Source: an uncultured SAR86 cluster bacterium (GTDB lineage: Bacteria > Pseudomonadota > Gammaproteobacteria > Magnimaribacterales > Magnimaribacteraceae). From it: a stretch of DNA of 64,000 nt. The position numbers and the translations under genes are program-made. Below are positions 32,589 through 41,250 of this stretch, piece by piece. How positions within the stretch are numbered: the stretch's first letter is position 1; each line of letters begins with the position of its first letter. The stretch covers positions 20,603 through 84,602 of the forward strand of contig CACOVO010000002.1 in NCBI GenBank assembly GCA_902630715.1, given 5' to 3'. The notes beneath the pieces were generated by a model that saw only the letters and a list, made by a program, of their open reading frames with translations, did not search any database and was not told the DNA's origin.

Positions 32589-33605
32589 ATGAACATACAA
32601 GAAGGCATACATTTGATCTCATCCAATAAAGATCTATCGCAACAAGATATGTCTGTCATCATGACAGAAATACTTGAAGGAAGATCTACTGACGCTCAAA
32701 TAGGCGCATTTCTGATTGCTTTATCTATCAAGGGGGAAACTATTGATGAAGTAATAGGGGCAGTAAATGTCATGAGAAAATTATCGACTAAAGTTAAAAC
32801 TGATATACCGAATCTAGTAGACACTTGTGGAACAGGAGGATCAGGCATAGGAATATTTAATGTTTCAACTTCATCAGCTTTTGTAGCAAGCGATTGTGGT
32901 GTAAAGATTGCGAAGCATGGAAATAGGTCTGCAACAAGGAAGAGTGGAAGCGCTGATCTTCTAGAGGAAGCTGGAGTATCCTTATCTCTGAGTGCCGAAG
33001 AAGTTGCCTCTTGTATAAAGGAAATAGGATTGGGATTTATGTTTGCACCAGCTCATCATAGCGCTATGAAGCATGTTGTAGGACCGAGGAAAGAGATAGG
33101 TCAAAAGAGTATATTTAATATTTTAGGACCTTTAACCAATCCTGCTTCAGCAAAAAGACAAGTTTTAGGTGTTTATGACAAGAAATGGATGCTCCCGATG
33201 GCTGAGGTTTTGAGAGAACTGGGAAGTGAACACCTTTTGATTGTACATGCATTGGACGGATTGGATGAAATAAGTATCGCCTCGCCTACATTAGTGGTTG
33301 AAATGAAAGAAAAAGAGATTTTCGAGTATGAGATAAATCCTGAAGATTTTAAATTTAAAACTTCATCCTTGGATAGTCTAAGAGTCAGTTCACCCAAGGA
33401 AAGTTTAGATTTAGCAAAATTGGCTATGAAGGGTAATCACGATCAAGCTAGCGCAATGGTCTCGATGGCTGCAGGTGCAGCATTATATGTTTCTGGCATC
33501 AATGATTCTCTAAACTTAGGCATTGAAAATGCTAGATCATCAATAAATAATGCAGGCGGAATTGAGAAATTGAATCAGCTGATTGAATTCTCGTCCCGAT
33601 TTTAA
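32589..33605 (+). CDS. trpD: Anthranilate phosphoribosyltransferase
   Basis: DTCGTGG, FNVST, KHGNRS and FNILGPLTNP motifs. Confidence 0.96.
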   Translation: MNIQEGIHLISSNKDLSQQDMSVIMTEILEGRSTDAQIGAFLIALSIKGETIDEVIGAVNVMRKLSTKVKTDIPNLVDTCGTGGSGIGIFNVSTSSAFVASDCGVKIAKHGNRSATRKSGSADLLEEAGVSLSLSAEEVASCIKEIGLGFMFAPAHHSAMKHVVGPRKEIGQKSIFNILGPLTNPASAKRQVLGVYDKKWMLPMAEVLRELGSEHLLIVHALDGLDEISIASPTLVVEMKEKEIFEYEINPEDFKFKTSSLDSLRVSSPKESLDLAKLAMKGNHDQASAMVSMAAGAALYVSGINDSLNLGIENARSSINNAGGIEKLNQLIEFSSRF

Positions 33606-34393
33606 TGGAAAGTTATTTAGACAAAATTATAGAAGCTAAGGCTGAAGTCGTAGTAGCGCAAAAATCTTCGTTAAATATTCAAGATATAAAAAATCAATTA
33701 GATGAAGTACAACCTACGAGGGGTTTTGTTAACGCCATAAAGAAACGAAACGAAAGTGACCTAATTTCAGTCATTGCTGAGATAAAAAAAGCCTCACCAA
33801 GTAAAGGCGTTATCTGCGAAAACTTTGAACCCAGTTTGATTGCAAAACAATATCAAGATAATGGCGCAACATGCCTCAGTATTTTGACCGATGAAGAATT
33901 TTTTCAAGGCTCTTTGACCTACTTAAAGGAAATAAGTTCTGAGGTAGATATTCCGTTACTTAGGAAAGATTTTATTATTGATGAATATCAAATCTATCAA
34001 AGTAGGTATTATGGAGCAGATTGCATTCTTCTAATTGTGGCTACATTGTCTGACAGCCAATTGAAAGAATACAAGGAGATATCTGAGAGCTTAAATTTAG
34101 ATGTCCTTGTAGAGATACATGACGAAGAGGAATTAAGTAGGATTGATAATCTGGATTTCCCTTTGATCGGCATCAATAATAGAAATCTTAGAACATTTGA
34201 AGTTGATCTTGAGACCAGTAACAAACTCTCACAAAATTTAGATGGAAAACTAATAGTCTCAGAGAGCGGAATAAAGACAAGAGAAGATATTGATCAGATA
34301 TTGTCTTATAAAATTTTTAATTTCTTGGTAGGAGAGTCTTTTATGAGAGCGAAAAATCCTGGATCCGAATTACACAGATTATTTTTTTCTTAA
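33605..34393 (+). CDS. trpC: Indole-3-glycerol phosphate synthase
   Basis: IAEIKKASPSKG, LRKDFI, GINNRNL and VSESGI motifs. Confidence 0.96.
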   Translation: MESYLDKIIEAKAEVVVAQKSSLNIQDIKNQLDEVQPTRGFVNAIKKRNESDLISVIAEIKKASPSKGVICENFEPSLIAKQYQDNGATCLSILTDEEFFQGSLTYLKEISSEVDIPLLRKDFIIDEYQIYQSRYYGADCILLIVATLSDSQLKEYKEISESLNLDVLVEIHDEEELSRIDNLDFPLIGINNRNLRTFEVDLETSNKLSQNLDGKLIVSESGIKTREDIDQILSYKIFNFLVGESFMRAKNPGSELHRLFFS

Positions 34394-34405
34394 GATTGGA
34401 GTTGC

Positions 34406-34513
34406 ATGATAGAAAGTATTATTGGATTTATAATTTTAACTTTATTTCTTATTGTCCTTGTCCAAAGAATTAGAGAATATAAGGACGATAAATATAAAGA
34501 CGTGGAGAAATGA
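34406..34513 (+). CDS. Small single-pass membrane protein (35 aa)
   Basis: Manual: GGAG then ATG; MIESIIGFIILTLFLIVLVQRIREYKDDKYKDVEK; fills the trpC-ybjQ gap and its stop overlaps the ybjQ start. Confidence 0.65.
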   Translation: MIESIIGFIILTLFLIVLVQRIREYKDDKYKDVEK

Positions 34514-34830
34514 TGTTGCTTACAAGTACTTTTGAAATTTCCGGTAAAAATATTGTCAAAACCCTTGGATTGGTAAAGGGAAATACAATCAGGGCCAGAC
34601 ATGTAGGTAAAGATATTATGGCAGGCCTCAGAGGATTGGTCGGTGGAGAGTTGCATGAGTATACAAAGCTGCTTGCAGAGAGCAGAGAGCAAGCTATAGA
34701 CAGAATGATAGAGGATGCAGAGTCTATGGGTGCAAATGCAATAGTGGGTGTATCTTTTACAACCTCAGTAATGGCTCAGGGATCAGCTGAACTTATGGCT
34801 TATGGCACAGCCGTGATAACGGAGGACTGA
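34510..34830 (+). CDS. ybjQ: YbjQ/UPF0145 family protein
   Basis: GLVGGEL.EYT.LL.ESRE.A..RM, GANAIVG and MAYGTAV motifs. Confidence 0.92.
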   Translation: MMLLTSTFEISGKNIVKTLGLVKGNTIRARHVGKDIMAGLRGLVGGELHEYTKLLAESREQAIDRMIEDAESMGANAIVGVSFTTSVMAQGSAELMAYGTAVITED

Positions 34831-34866
34831 GCTAAGCTTTCTACCTAGCTATATTCATATTGAATT

Positions 34867-34885
34867 GAAGGAAGTGGTATCCTTC
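34867..34885. terminator. Hairpin between convergent ybjQ and RRM gene
   Basis: GAAGGA-N7-TCCTTC inverted repeat followed by TTT on the + strand. Confidence 0.45.
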
Positions 34886-34893
34886 TTTAGATA

Positions 34894-35139
34894 TTAATCT
34901 CTAGGCTTCGCTTCGTTTACTCTAAGATCGCGACCACCGAAATCTTGGCCATCAAGTGCTTCGATAGCTGCTTGACCTGCCTCTTTTGATTCCATCTCTA
35001 CAAATCCAAATCCTTTAGATCTACCAGAGTGACCTTCTGTGATTATTCTGACTGCGTTGACGTTTCCGTACTGAGCAAAATGAGTTTCAAGTTCTTCCTC
35101 AGATGTGCTCCAGGGAATGTTTCCAACGTATATATTCAT
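34894..35139 (-). CDS. Single-RRM RNA-binding protein
   Basis: RNP2 IYVGNI, RNP1 KGFGFVEM and GRDLRVNEA; AAGGA RBS. Confidence 0.94.
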   Translation of the reverse strand: MNIYVGNIPWSTSEEELETHFAQYGNVNAVRIITEGHSGRSKGFGFVEMESKEAGQAAIEALDGQDFGGRDLRVNEAKPRD

Positions 35140-35174
35140 CAATTTTCCTTTTCTGTTGAATAGCTTTATTGCTA

Positions 35175-35210
35175 CGCGCGCAACTATACCTGTGTAGATT
35201 TAATTATCAA
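35175..35210 (-). promoter_or_regulatory. Sigma70 promoter of RRM gene with GC-rich discriminator
   Basis: TTGATA-N16-TATAGT-TGCGCGCG on the minus strand with an AT-rich upstream region. Confidence 0.6.
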
Positions 35211-35234
35211 TAAGTAATTTAACTAAATATTAAT

Positions 35235-35864
35235 TTATATGTGATAACTGGTCTTGGTCATCACCTTTGCAATGATACCCATTAATTTTTTTACATTGTC
35301 AGGCAATTCTGCTGCTCCGGACTCAAGCGCTTCTTCACTATGATGAGCTTCATCTATTGCCATTTGCTCTAAGATGGCAGCGGTTTTTTTATCATCTTTA
35401 GGCAACCGATCCAGGTGACTTTCAAGATGTCTTACCACTTGCTCTTCAGTTTCGTGTACAAAACCTAAACTCCATTTATCGCCAGCTAATCCAGCAATAG
35501 CTCCCATACTGAAAGACAAGCCATACCATAATGGGTTAAGCACACTTGGTTTTTCATGAAGTTCCTCAAGTCTTTTGTTACACCATGCAAGATGATCAAG
35601 CTCCTCTTTCGCAGCCTCGTCCATTTTCTCACGTGTTCCTTCTAGCCGAGCAGTTAATGCCTGACCTCTGTACAAGCCTTGAGCCGATACTTCTCCTGCA
35701 TGATTAATTCTCATTAAACTTGCAGAGATGCTCCTATCAATTTCATTCAATGAATCTTCAACGATGTCTTTAGCAGGATATTCTCTAGACTGTTCTTGAT
35801 AGTTTTGGAGTGAAAACTTCAGACCCTTATCAATTTCTTTAATTAATTTGTCAATTAATTCCAT
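35235..35864 (-). CDS. coq7: Demethoxyubiquinone hydroxylase (di-iron, Coq7)
   Basis: MRINHAGEV.AQGLY.GQ, EELDHLAWC, ETEEQV..HL..H and DEAHH motifs. Confidence 0.94.
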   Translation of the reverse strand: MELIDKLIKEIDKGLKFSLQNYQEQSREYPAKDIVEDSLNEIDRSISASLMRINHAGEVSAQGLYRGQALTARLEGTREKMDEAAKEELDHLAWCNKRLEELHEKPSVLNPLWYGLSFSMGAIAGLAGDKWSLGFVHETEEQVVRHLESHLDRLPKDDKKTAAILEQMAIDEAHHSEEALESGAAELPDNVKKLMGIIAKVMTKTSYHI

Positions 35865-37145
35865 TTAATCTTCTCTATTTATTGCTCTATGTCCTATATC
35901 TCTCCTGAAATAGGAGTCTTTCCAGGAAATTTTTGAAATGGCATTATAAGCTTTCTCTTGTGCTGAGTGAACAGTTGATCCTAGCGCGGTAACACATAGC
36001 ACTCTTCCTCCATTTGATTTTAGTTTTCCATTTTCGATTTTAGTTCCTGCATGGAATATTTTCAGATCATTCTCAGATTTAGGAAGATTTTGGATATCCT
36101 GATTACTTTCATATTCATATGGATATCCCTTTGATGCCATGACAACACCAAGAGACTTTCTATCATCCCATTCTAACTCGGAGTTTTGCAAAGATTGTCT
36201 GCATGCATCATAACAAAGCTGAGCCAAATCCGATTTTAGTCTCATCATTATCGGTTGAGTTTCTGGATCACCGAATCTACAGTTAAATTCAAGAACCTTT
36301 AAATTTTTATTTTTATCTATCATCAATCCTGCATACAGAAATCCAATGTACTTCAATCCTTCTTTTTCTAAGCCTGCAATAGTAGGATATATGACCGTAT
36401 TCATTATTTTTTCGTGAATCTCTTTATCAACTATTGGAGCAGGAGAGTATGCGCCCATCCCTCCGGTATTGGGACCTAAATCTCCATCATCTCTTGCTTT
36501 ATGATCTTGTGATGATGCAAATGGTAGAGCTGTTTTTCCATCTGTCATTACAATGAAGCTTGCCTCTTCTCCACTTAAGAATTCTTCGATGACAACTTTT
36601 TTACCTGCATCTCCAAAAATTTGAGAATTCATTGAGTCATGAATTGCCTCTATCGCCTCATTTATATTCTTAGCTATAGTGACACCTTTTCCTGCAGCTA
36701 AACCATCTGCTTTTATTACAATAGGGCATCCTTTTTTTTTGATGTAATCGATAGCCTCTTTTGCATTAGTAAATGCTTTATACTCGGCCGAGGGAATTGA
36801 ATATTTTTCCAGAAACACCTTCATGAATTCCTTCGAGCCCTCGAGCTGGGCGGCCTCTTTGGTTGGACCGAAGCACATTAGATTTTCTTTTTCAAATCTA
36901 TTTGTGATGCCTTTTACTAGTGGGTCTTCAGGTCCAACAATTGTTATATCAACTTCATTTGACTTTGCAAAATCCAAGAGACCTTTTATATCTGAAGCCT
37001 TTATATCAATATTGATAATATTATTCTCTGTCTCAGTTCCCCCATTACCAGGAGCAACAAAAATATGAGTTACATGGGGACTCTGCGAAATTTTCCAGGC
37101 GAGTGCATGTTCTCTTCCACCACTCCCAACAATTAAGACTTTCAT
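35865..37145 (-). CDS. purD: Phosphoribosylamine-glycine ligase
   Basis: GSGGREHAL, KADGLAAGKGV, GPNTGGMGAY and EFNCRFGDPE motifs. Confidence 0.97.
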   Translation of the reverse strand: MKVLIVGSGGREHALAWKISQSPHVTHIFVAPGNGGTETENNIINIDIKASDIKGLLDFAKSNEVDITIVGPEDPLVKGITNRFEKENLMCFGPTKEAAQLEGSKEFMKVFLEKYSIPSAEYKAFTNAKEAIDYIKKKGCPIVIKADGLAAGKGVTIAKNINEAIEAIHDSMNSQIFGDAGKKVVIEEFLSGEEASFIVMTDGKTALPFASSQDHKARDDGDLGPNTGGMGAYSPAPIVDKEIHEKIMNTVIYPTIAGLEKEGLKYIGFLYAGLMIDKNKNLKVLEFNCRFGDPETQPIMMRLKSDLAQLCYDACRQSLQNSELEWDDRKSLGVVMASKGYPYEYESNQDIQNLPKSENDLKIFHAGTKIENGKLKSNGGRVLCVTALGSTVHSAQEKAYNAISKISWKDSYFRRDIGHRAINRED

Positions 37146-37147
37146 GA

Positions 37148-38713
37148 TTAATGACGAAAATGTCTCATACCCGTAAAAAGCATTGCCATTCCTGCCTCAT
37201 TTGCAGCATCAATCACTTCTTGGTCTCGCATCGATCCTCCCGGTTGAATGACAGATGTAATTCCTATCTCAGCAGCAGCGTCTATACCGTCCCTAAAAGG
37301 AAAGAAAGCATCAGATGCCATTGAACATCCGTGAGTATCAAAACCTCTTTCTAGTGCTTTAGATGCTGCTATTTGAGCACTATCAATCCTACTCATCTGA
37401 CCTGCACCGATTCCAATTGTTTGATAGTTCTTTGTATAGACAATTGCATTTGATTTGACGAATTTACAAACTTTCCAAGCAAATAAACAATTCTCAATTT
37501 CTTCTTTTGTAGGTTGTCTTTCAGAAACAATTTGTAAATTTTCTTTCGAAAGGGTACCAATATCGTTATCTTGAATTAGCAAGCCTCCATTAACACTCAG
37601 TAGCTTAGGTTCGTGACTCTGAGAGCCCAAGGATTTAGTAACTAGGAGTCTAATATTTTCCTTTGTTGATAAAGCTTTTTGAGCATCTTCATTAATTCCA
37701 GGAGCAATTATGACCTCAACAAATTGATTATCGAGAATTCTATTGGCTGTGGACAAATCCAAAGCTTGATTGAATGCAATTATTCCGCCAAAAGCCGAAG
37801 TTTCGTCAGAAGAAAAGGCCTTTTCGTATGCTTCTAAAATATCTTTTCCTAATGCTATACCGCAAGGATTTGCATGTTTTACAATGACGCAAGCAGGGTC
37901 AGAGAAACTTTTTACACACTCATATGCTGCATCCGTATCTGCAATATTATTATAGGAAAGTTCTTTTCCTTGTATTTGGTTTGCATTAGAGATACTACTA
38001 TCTTGATTGTTCGAATTTACATAAAAAGAAGCCGCTTGGTGAGGATTTTCTCCATACCTTAATTCTTGCTTTAGTTTATATCTACCAAAAATATATTTAG
38101 GTAAGCTGCCTTCCTGTTCATTTAAATAATTTGAAATTGCAGCATCATAATTTGAAGTATGTGTAAAAGCTTTTGCAGCCAATCTCTTTCTTGTACTTAA
38201 AGAAATTGATCCATCATTTTGTCTAATTTCTTCCAATATAGATTTATAGTCTGATGGTTCAACCACAACCCCTACATATAGACTATTTTTTGCTGAAGAT
38301 CTGATCATGCTTGGCCCGCCAATGTCTATATTTTCAATAGCGGTTTCAACAGTTGTGCCTTCTTTCGAAATGGTTTCAACGAAAGGATAAAGATTTACAA
38401 TGACCAAATCTATTTCTTCAATGGAATTTTCTTCTACCACTTCTCGATCAACTTCTCTTCTTGACAATATACCGCCGTGAACTTTTGGATGAAGTGTTTT
38501 TACTCTTCCGTCCATTATTTCCGGAAAGCCTGTAAAATTGCTTATATCTATTGCATTTATACCCGCTTCAAGAAGAGTATTAAGCGTTCCACCTGTGGAA
38601 ATGATTTCTATGTTGAAGTCTTTAGACAAAGAAGAACAAAATTCTACGATGCCATCTTTATTTGAGACACTTACAAGGGCTCTTTTGATTTTTGGATCGG
38701 CAGATTGCGCCAT
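37148..38713 (-). CDS. purH: Bifunctional AICAR transformylase/IMP cyclohydrolase
   Basis: [29 protein letters not shown] and SDAFFPF motifs. Confidence 0.97.
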   Translation of the reverse strand: MAQSADPKIKRALVSVSNKDGIVEFCSSLSKDFNIEIISTGGTLNTLLEAGINAIDISNFTGFPEIMDGRVKTLHPKVHGGILSRREVDREVVEENSIEEIDLVIVNLYPFVETISKEGTTVETAIENIDIGGPSMIRSSAKNSLYVGVVVEPSDYKSILEEIRQNDGSISLSTRKRLAAKAFTHTSNYDAAISNYLNEQEGSLPKYIFGRYKLKQELRYGENPHQAASFYVNSNNQDSSISNANQIQGKELSYNNIADTDAAYECVKSFSDPACVIVKHANPCGIALGKDILEAYEKAFSSDETSAFGGIIAFNQALDLSTANRILDNQFVEVIIAPGINEDAQKALSTKENIRLLVTKSLGSQSHEPKLLSVNGGLLIQDNDIGTLSKENLQIVSERQPTKEEIENCLFAWKVCKFVKSNAIVYTKNYQTIGIGAGQMSRIDSAQIAASKALERGFDTHGCSMASDAFFPFRDGIDAAAEIGITSVIQPGGSMRDQEVIDAANEAGMAMLFTGMRHFRH

Positions 38714-38719
38714 TATAAG

Positions 38720-38983
38720 TTAGAGAAGATTATGTTCTTTAAGCTTTGTTCTCAATGTTCCTCTATTTATACCTAGAATTTTGCTAGCTTTTGATTGATT
38801 ATCGTTGCATTCTTTCATGACTATTTCCAATAGAGGCAATTCCACTTCTTTAAGAACCATGTTGTAAATATCCGTTGGTTTTTCTCCCCCCAACTCTTTA
38901 AAATATTTACGCATGCTTTTAGAAACCTGATAACCCAGTTGTCTTCCTTCGCCGTTAAATTTTTTCTTCTTATTTTGTGTCAC
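38720..38983 (-). CDS. fis: Nucleoid-associated regulator Fis
   Basis: YNMVLKEVELPLL...NQSKASKILGINRGTLRTKLK; upstream of purH. Confidence 0.9.
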   Translation of the reverse strand: MTQNKKKKFNGEGRQLGYQVSKSMRKYFKELGGEKPTDIYNMVLKEVELPLLEIVMKECNDNQSKASKILGINRGTLRTKLKEHNLL

Positions 38984-39141
38984 CGGGTAAAATTTTGTTC
39001 AGTAGTAATTTCTAAAAGGACTATGAATAATACCCAACAAATCATATCTTTCAAGAAATTTAGTAATTTACTGAAGAATTGTTTTTCATCAGATACACTT
39101 TGACTTGCTCAATGATTTAAAATAATTCTTTGCAGGATAAA

Positions 39142-39867
39142 ATGAACTACTCAAGAAGCTTTCTAGATCATAACTTTTTTGAGGGAGAGATCATTCCCTT
39201 AAATAAAAAAGAGTTCCATCATGAGATCAATGTTCTAAGAAAAAAAGTGGGCGATAAATTTGTCGTCTTCAACGGAAGAGGTGATTCTGGTCTTGCAGAA
39301 ATAACTCTTTTGAACAGTAAGAAATTTGAAGTTCTCATAGAAGAGATATTTCCTTTTACAGAAAGGGAAGGTGTTCGAATAGATTTAGGTCAGTCTTTAA
39401 TAAAAAATGAACCTTTTAATTTTGCATTACAGAAAGCAACTGAATTGGGAGTTACAAATTTTACACCCCTCATAACGGAAAGAGTCGTCGTTTTAAGAAA
39501 GTCGAATGATACCCAAAAGAGGATTGCAAAGTGGCAACGTACTGCACAAGGAGCTTGCGAACAATGTGGTGAAAACTGGATACCAGAAATAAATGAACCT
39601 AAGAATATTCAAGATTGGTCTACTGATAACATCTCCAAAACTAAATTGGTGCTTTATCCAGATGCCGATGTAAAATTTTCGGAAATTCAAATTACTGATT
39701 CCGTCTCTATAGCAATTGGACCTGAGGGAGACTTTACGAAAGTTGAAATTGCGATGCTCAAAGAGGCGGGATTCATTCCTGTTACTATGGGTAGCCGTAT
39801 ACTAAGAGCCGAAACTGCAGCTATATCTGCAGTAAGTGCTATAAGATACGGAGCTAAGGAATTTTGA
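39142..39867 (+). CDS. rsmE: 16S rRNA m3U1498 methyltransferase
   Basis: HEINVLR, QKATELGV, ACEQCG, IGPEGDF and RILRAETA motifs. Confidence 0.93.
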   Translation: MNYSRSFLDHNFFEGEIIPLNKKEFHHEINVLRKKVGDKFVVFNGRGDSGLAEITLLNSKKFEVLIEEIFPFTEREGVRIDLGQSLIKNEPFNFALQKATELGVTNFTPLITERVVVLRKSNDTQKRIAKWQRTAQGACEQCGENWIPEINEPKNIQDWSTDNISKTKLVLYPDADVKFSEIQITDSVSIAIGPEGDFTKVEIAMLKEAGFIPVTMGSRILRAETAAISAVSAIRYGAKEF

Positions 39868-39889
39868 TTAAAAAAATTTAGGAGAGGTG

Positions 39890-40831
39890 ATGAAATTAGG
39901 CGTGGTAATGGATCCCATCGAAGATATCAATTTCAAGAAAGATAGTTCTTTGGCCATGATGATTGAGGCCCAAAATAAAAATCATCAAATAACTTATATG
40001 ACTTCTAGTTCTTTATTCATAAAATCTGGAAAAGCTTTTGCGAAATCTTCAAGCATTGAGGTAAGAGATGATGCTTCAGATTGGTTTTCTCTTGGAGAAG
40101 AGAGAGTGATAGAACTCTCGAGCCTTGACTCAATTTTAATGAGACAAGATCCGCCATTTAATTCTGATTATATTTACAACACTTATGTTTTGGAAATTGC
40201 AGCAAAAAATGGAGTGAAAGTTTTCAATAATCCAAGAAGTTTAAGGGACTGTAACGAAAAAGTTTTTGCTACTGAATTCCCACAATGTTGTACTGAACAT
40301 TTAGTTACTAGCCAGAAGAATTTGCTTATCGATTTTGTTCTTGAGCACGGAGATACTGTAATAAAGCCACTTGATGGTATGGGAGGTGCCTCGATCTTCA
40401 GATTAAAAAAGAATGATCCTAACTTAAACGTGATTCTTGAAACAATAACATTACATTTTTCACAAAAGGTAATGATTCAGCAATACATACCAGAAATTTT
40501 AGAGGGGGATAAACGTATTTTAGTTATTAATGGAAAACCGATGGATGCTGCCATTGCAAGAATACCAGCAGAGGGTGAACTGAGGGGAAATTTAGCTGCG
40601 GGAGCATCCGCGGTTGCCAAGACTCTATCTGAAAGAGATTTATGGATATGCAATGAAGTCGGACCAATCTTGGTTGAAAAAGGCTTGTTGTTAGTTGGCT
40701 TGGATGTGATTGGTGATTTTCTTACAGAAATTAACGTAACAAGTCCAACTTGCTTCAAAGAATATAAAGAGCTTTGTGATATCGATGTGGCAAAAATATT
40801 TATAGATTCTGTTGAAGAGTTAACTCGATGA
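39890..40831 (+). CDS. gshB: Glutathione synthetase
   Basis: VMDPI, MRQDPPF, KPLDGMGG, RGNLAAG and EINVTSPT motifs. Confidence 0.96.
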   Translation: MKLGVVMDPIEDINFKKDSSLAMMIEAQNKNHQITYMTSSSLFIKSGKAFAKSSSIEVRDDASDWFSLGEERVIELSSLDSILMRQDPPFNSDYIYNTYVLEIAAKNGVKVFNNPRSLRDCNEKVFATEFPQCCTEHLVTSQKNLLIDFVLEHGDTVIKPLDGMGGASIFRLKKNDPNLNVILETITLHFSQKVMIQQYIPEILEGDKRILVINGKPMDAAIARIPAEGELRGNLAAGASAVAKTLSERDLWICNEVGPILVEKGLLLVGLDVIGDFLTEINVTSPTCFKEYKELCDIDVAKIFIDSVEELTR

Positions 40832-41250
40832 AAAAAATTCCTATGGTAGTCATGGCATTTGATTTTGGTTTAAAACACATCGGTATTGCAATTGGACAAG
40901 ATGTAACAAAGACAGCCTCAACTTTTTATTCTATTTCTGCTCGCGATGGGGAGCCTGATTGGAGTGAGTTAGACAAAATATTTAAAGAATGGAACCCTGA
41001 TGTATGTGTAGTTGGCGATCCTTTTAATATGGACGGCTCTAGAAGCAAAATACAAGATTTATCAGATAGATTCTCAAATTCTCTAAATAAAAGATATGAT
41101 ATTCAGGTTGAAAAGACTGATGAGAGATTATCCAGTAGAGAAGCGAAAGAAAGGCTTGAGGCTCTTCAAATAGGCACCAGAGATTCCTCGAATAAACACA
41201 GCATCTCCGCGCAAGTAATATTAGAAGATTGGTTTAGGAGCAAAATTTAG
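40828..41250 (+). CDS. yqgF: YqgF/RuvX pre-16S rRNA nuclease
   Basis: AFDFGLKHIGIAIG, VVGDP.NMDG and DERLSS motifs. Confidence 0.92.
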   Translation: MKKIPMVVMAFDFGLKHIGIAIGQDVTKTASTFYSISARDGEPDWSELDKIFKEWNPDVCVVGDPFNMDGSRSKIQDLSDRFSNSLNKRYDIQVEKTDERLSSREAKERLEALQIGTRDSSNKHSISAQVILEDWFRSKI

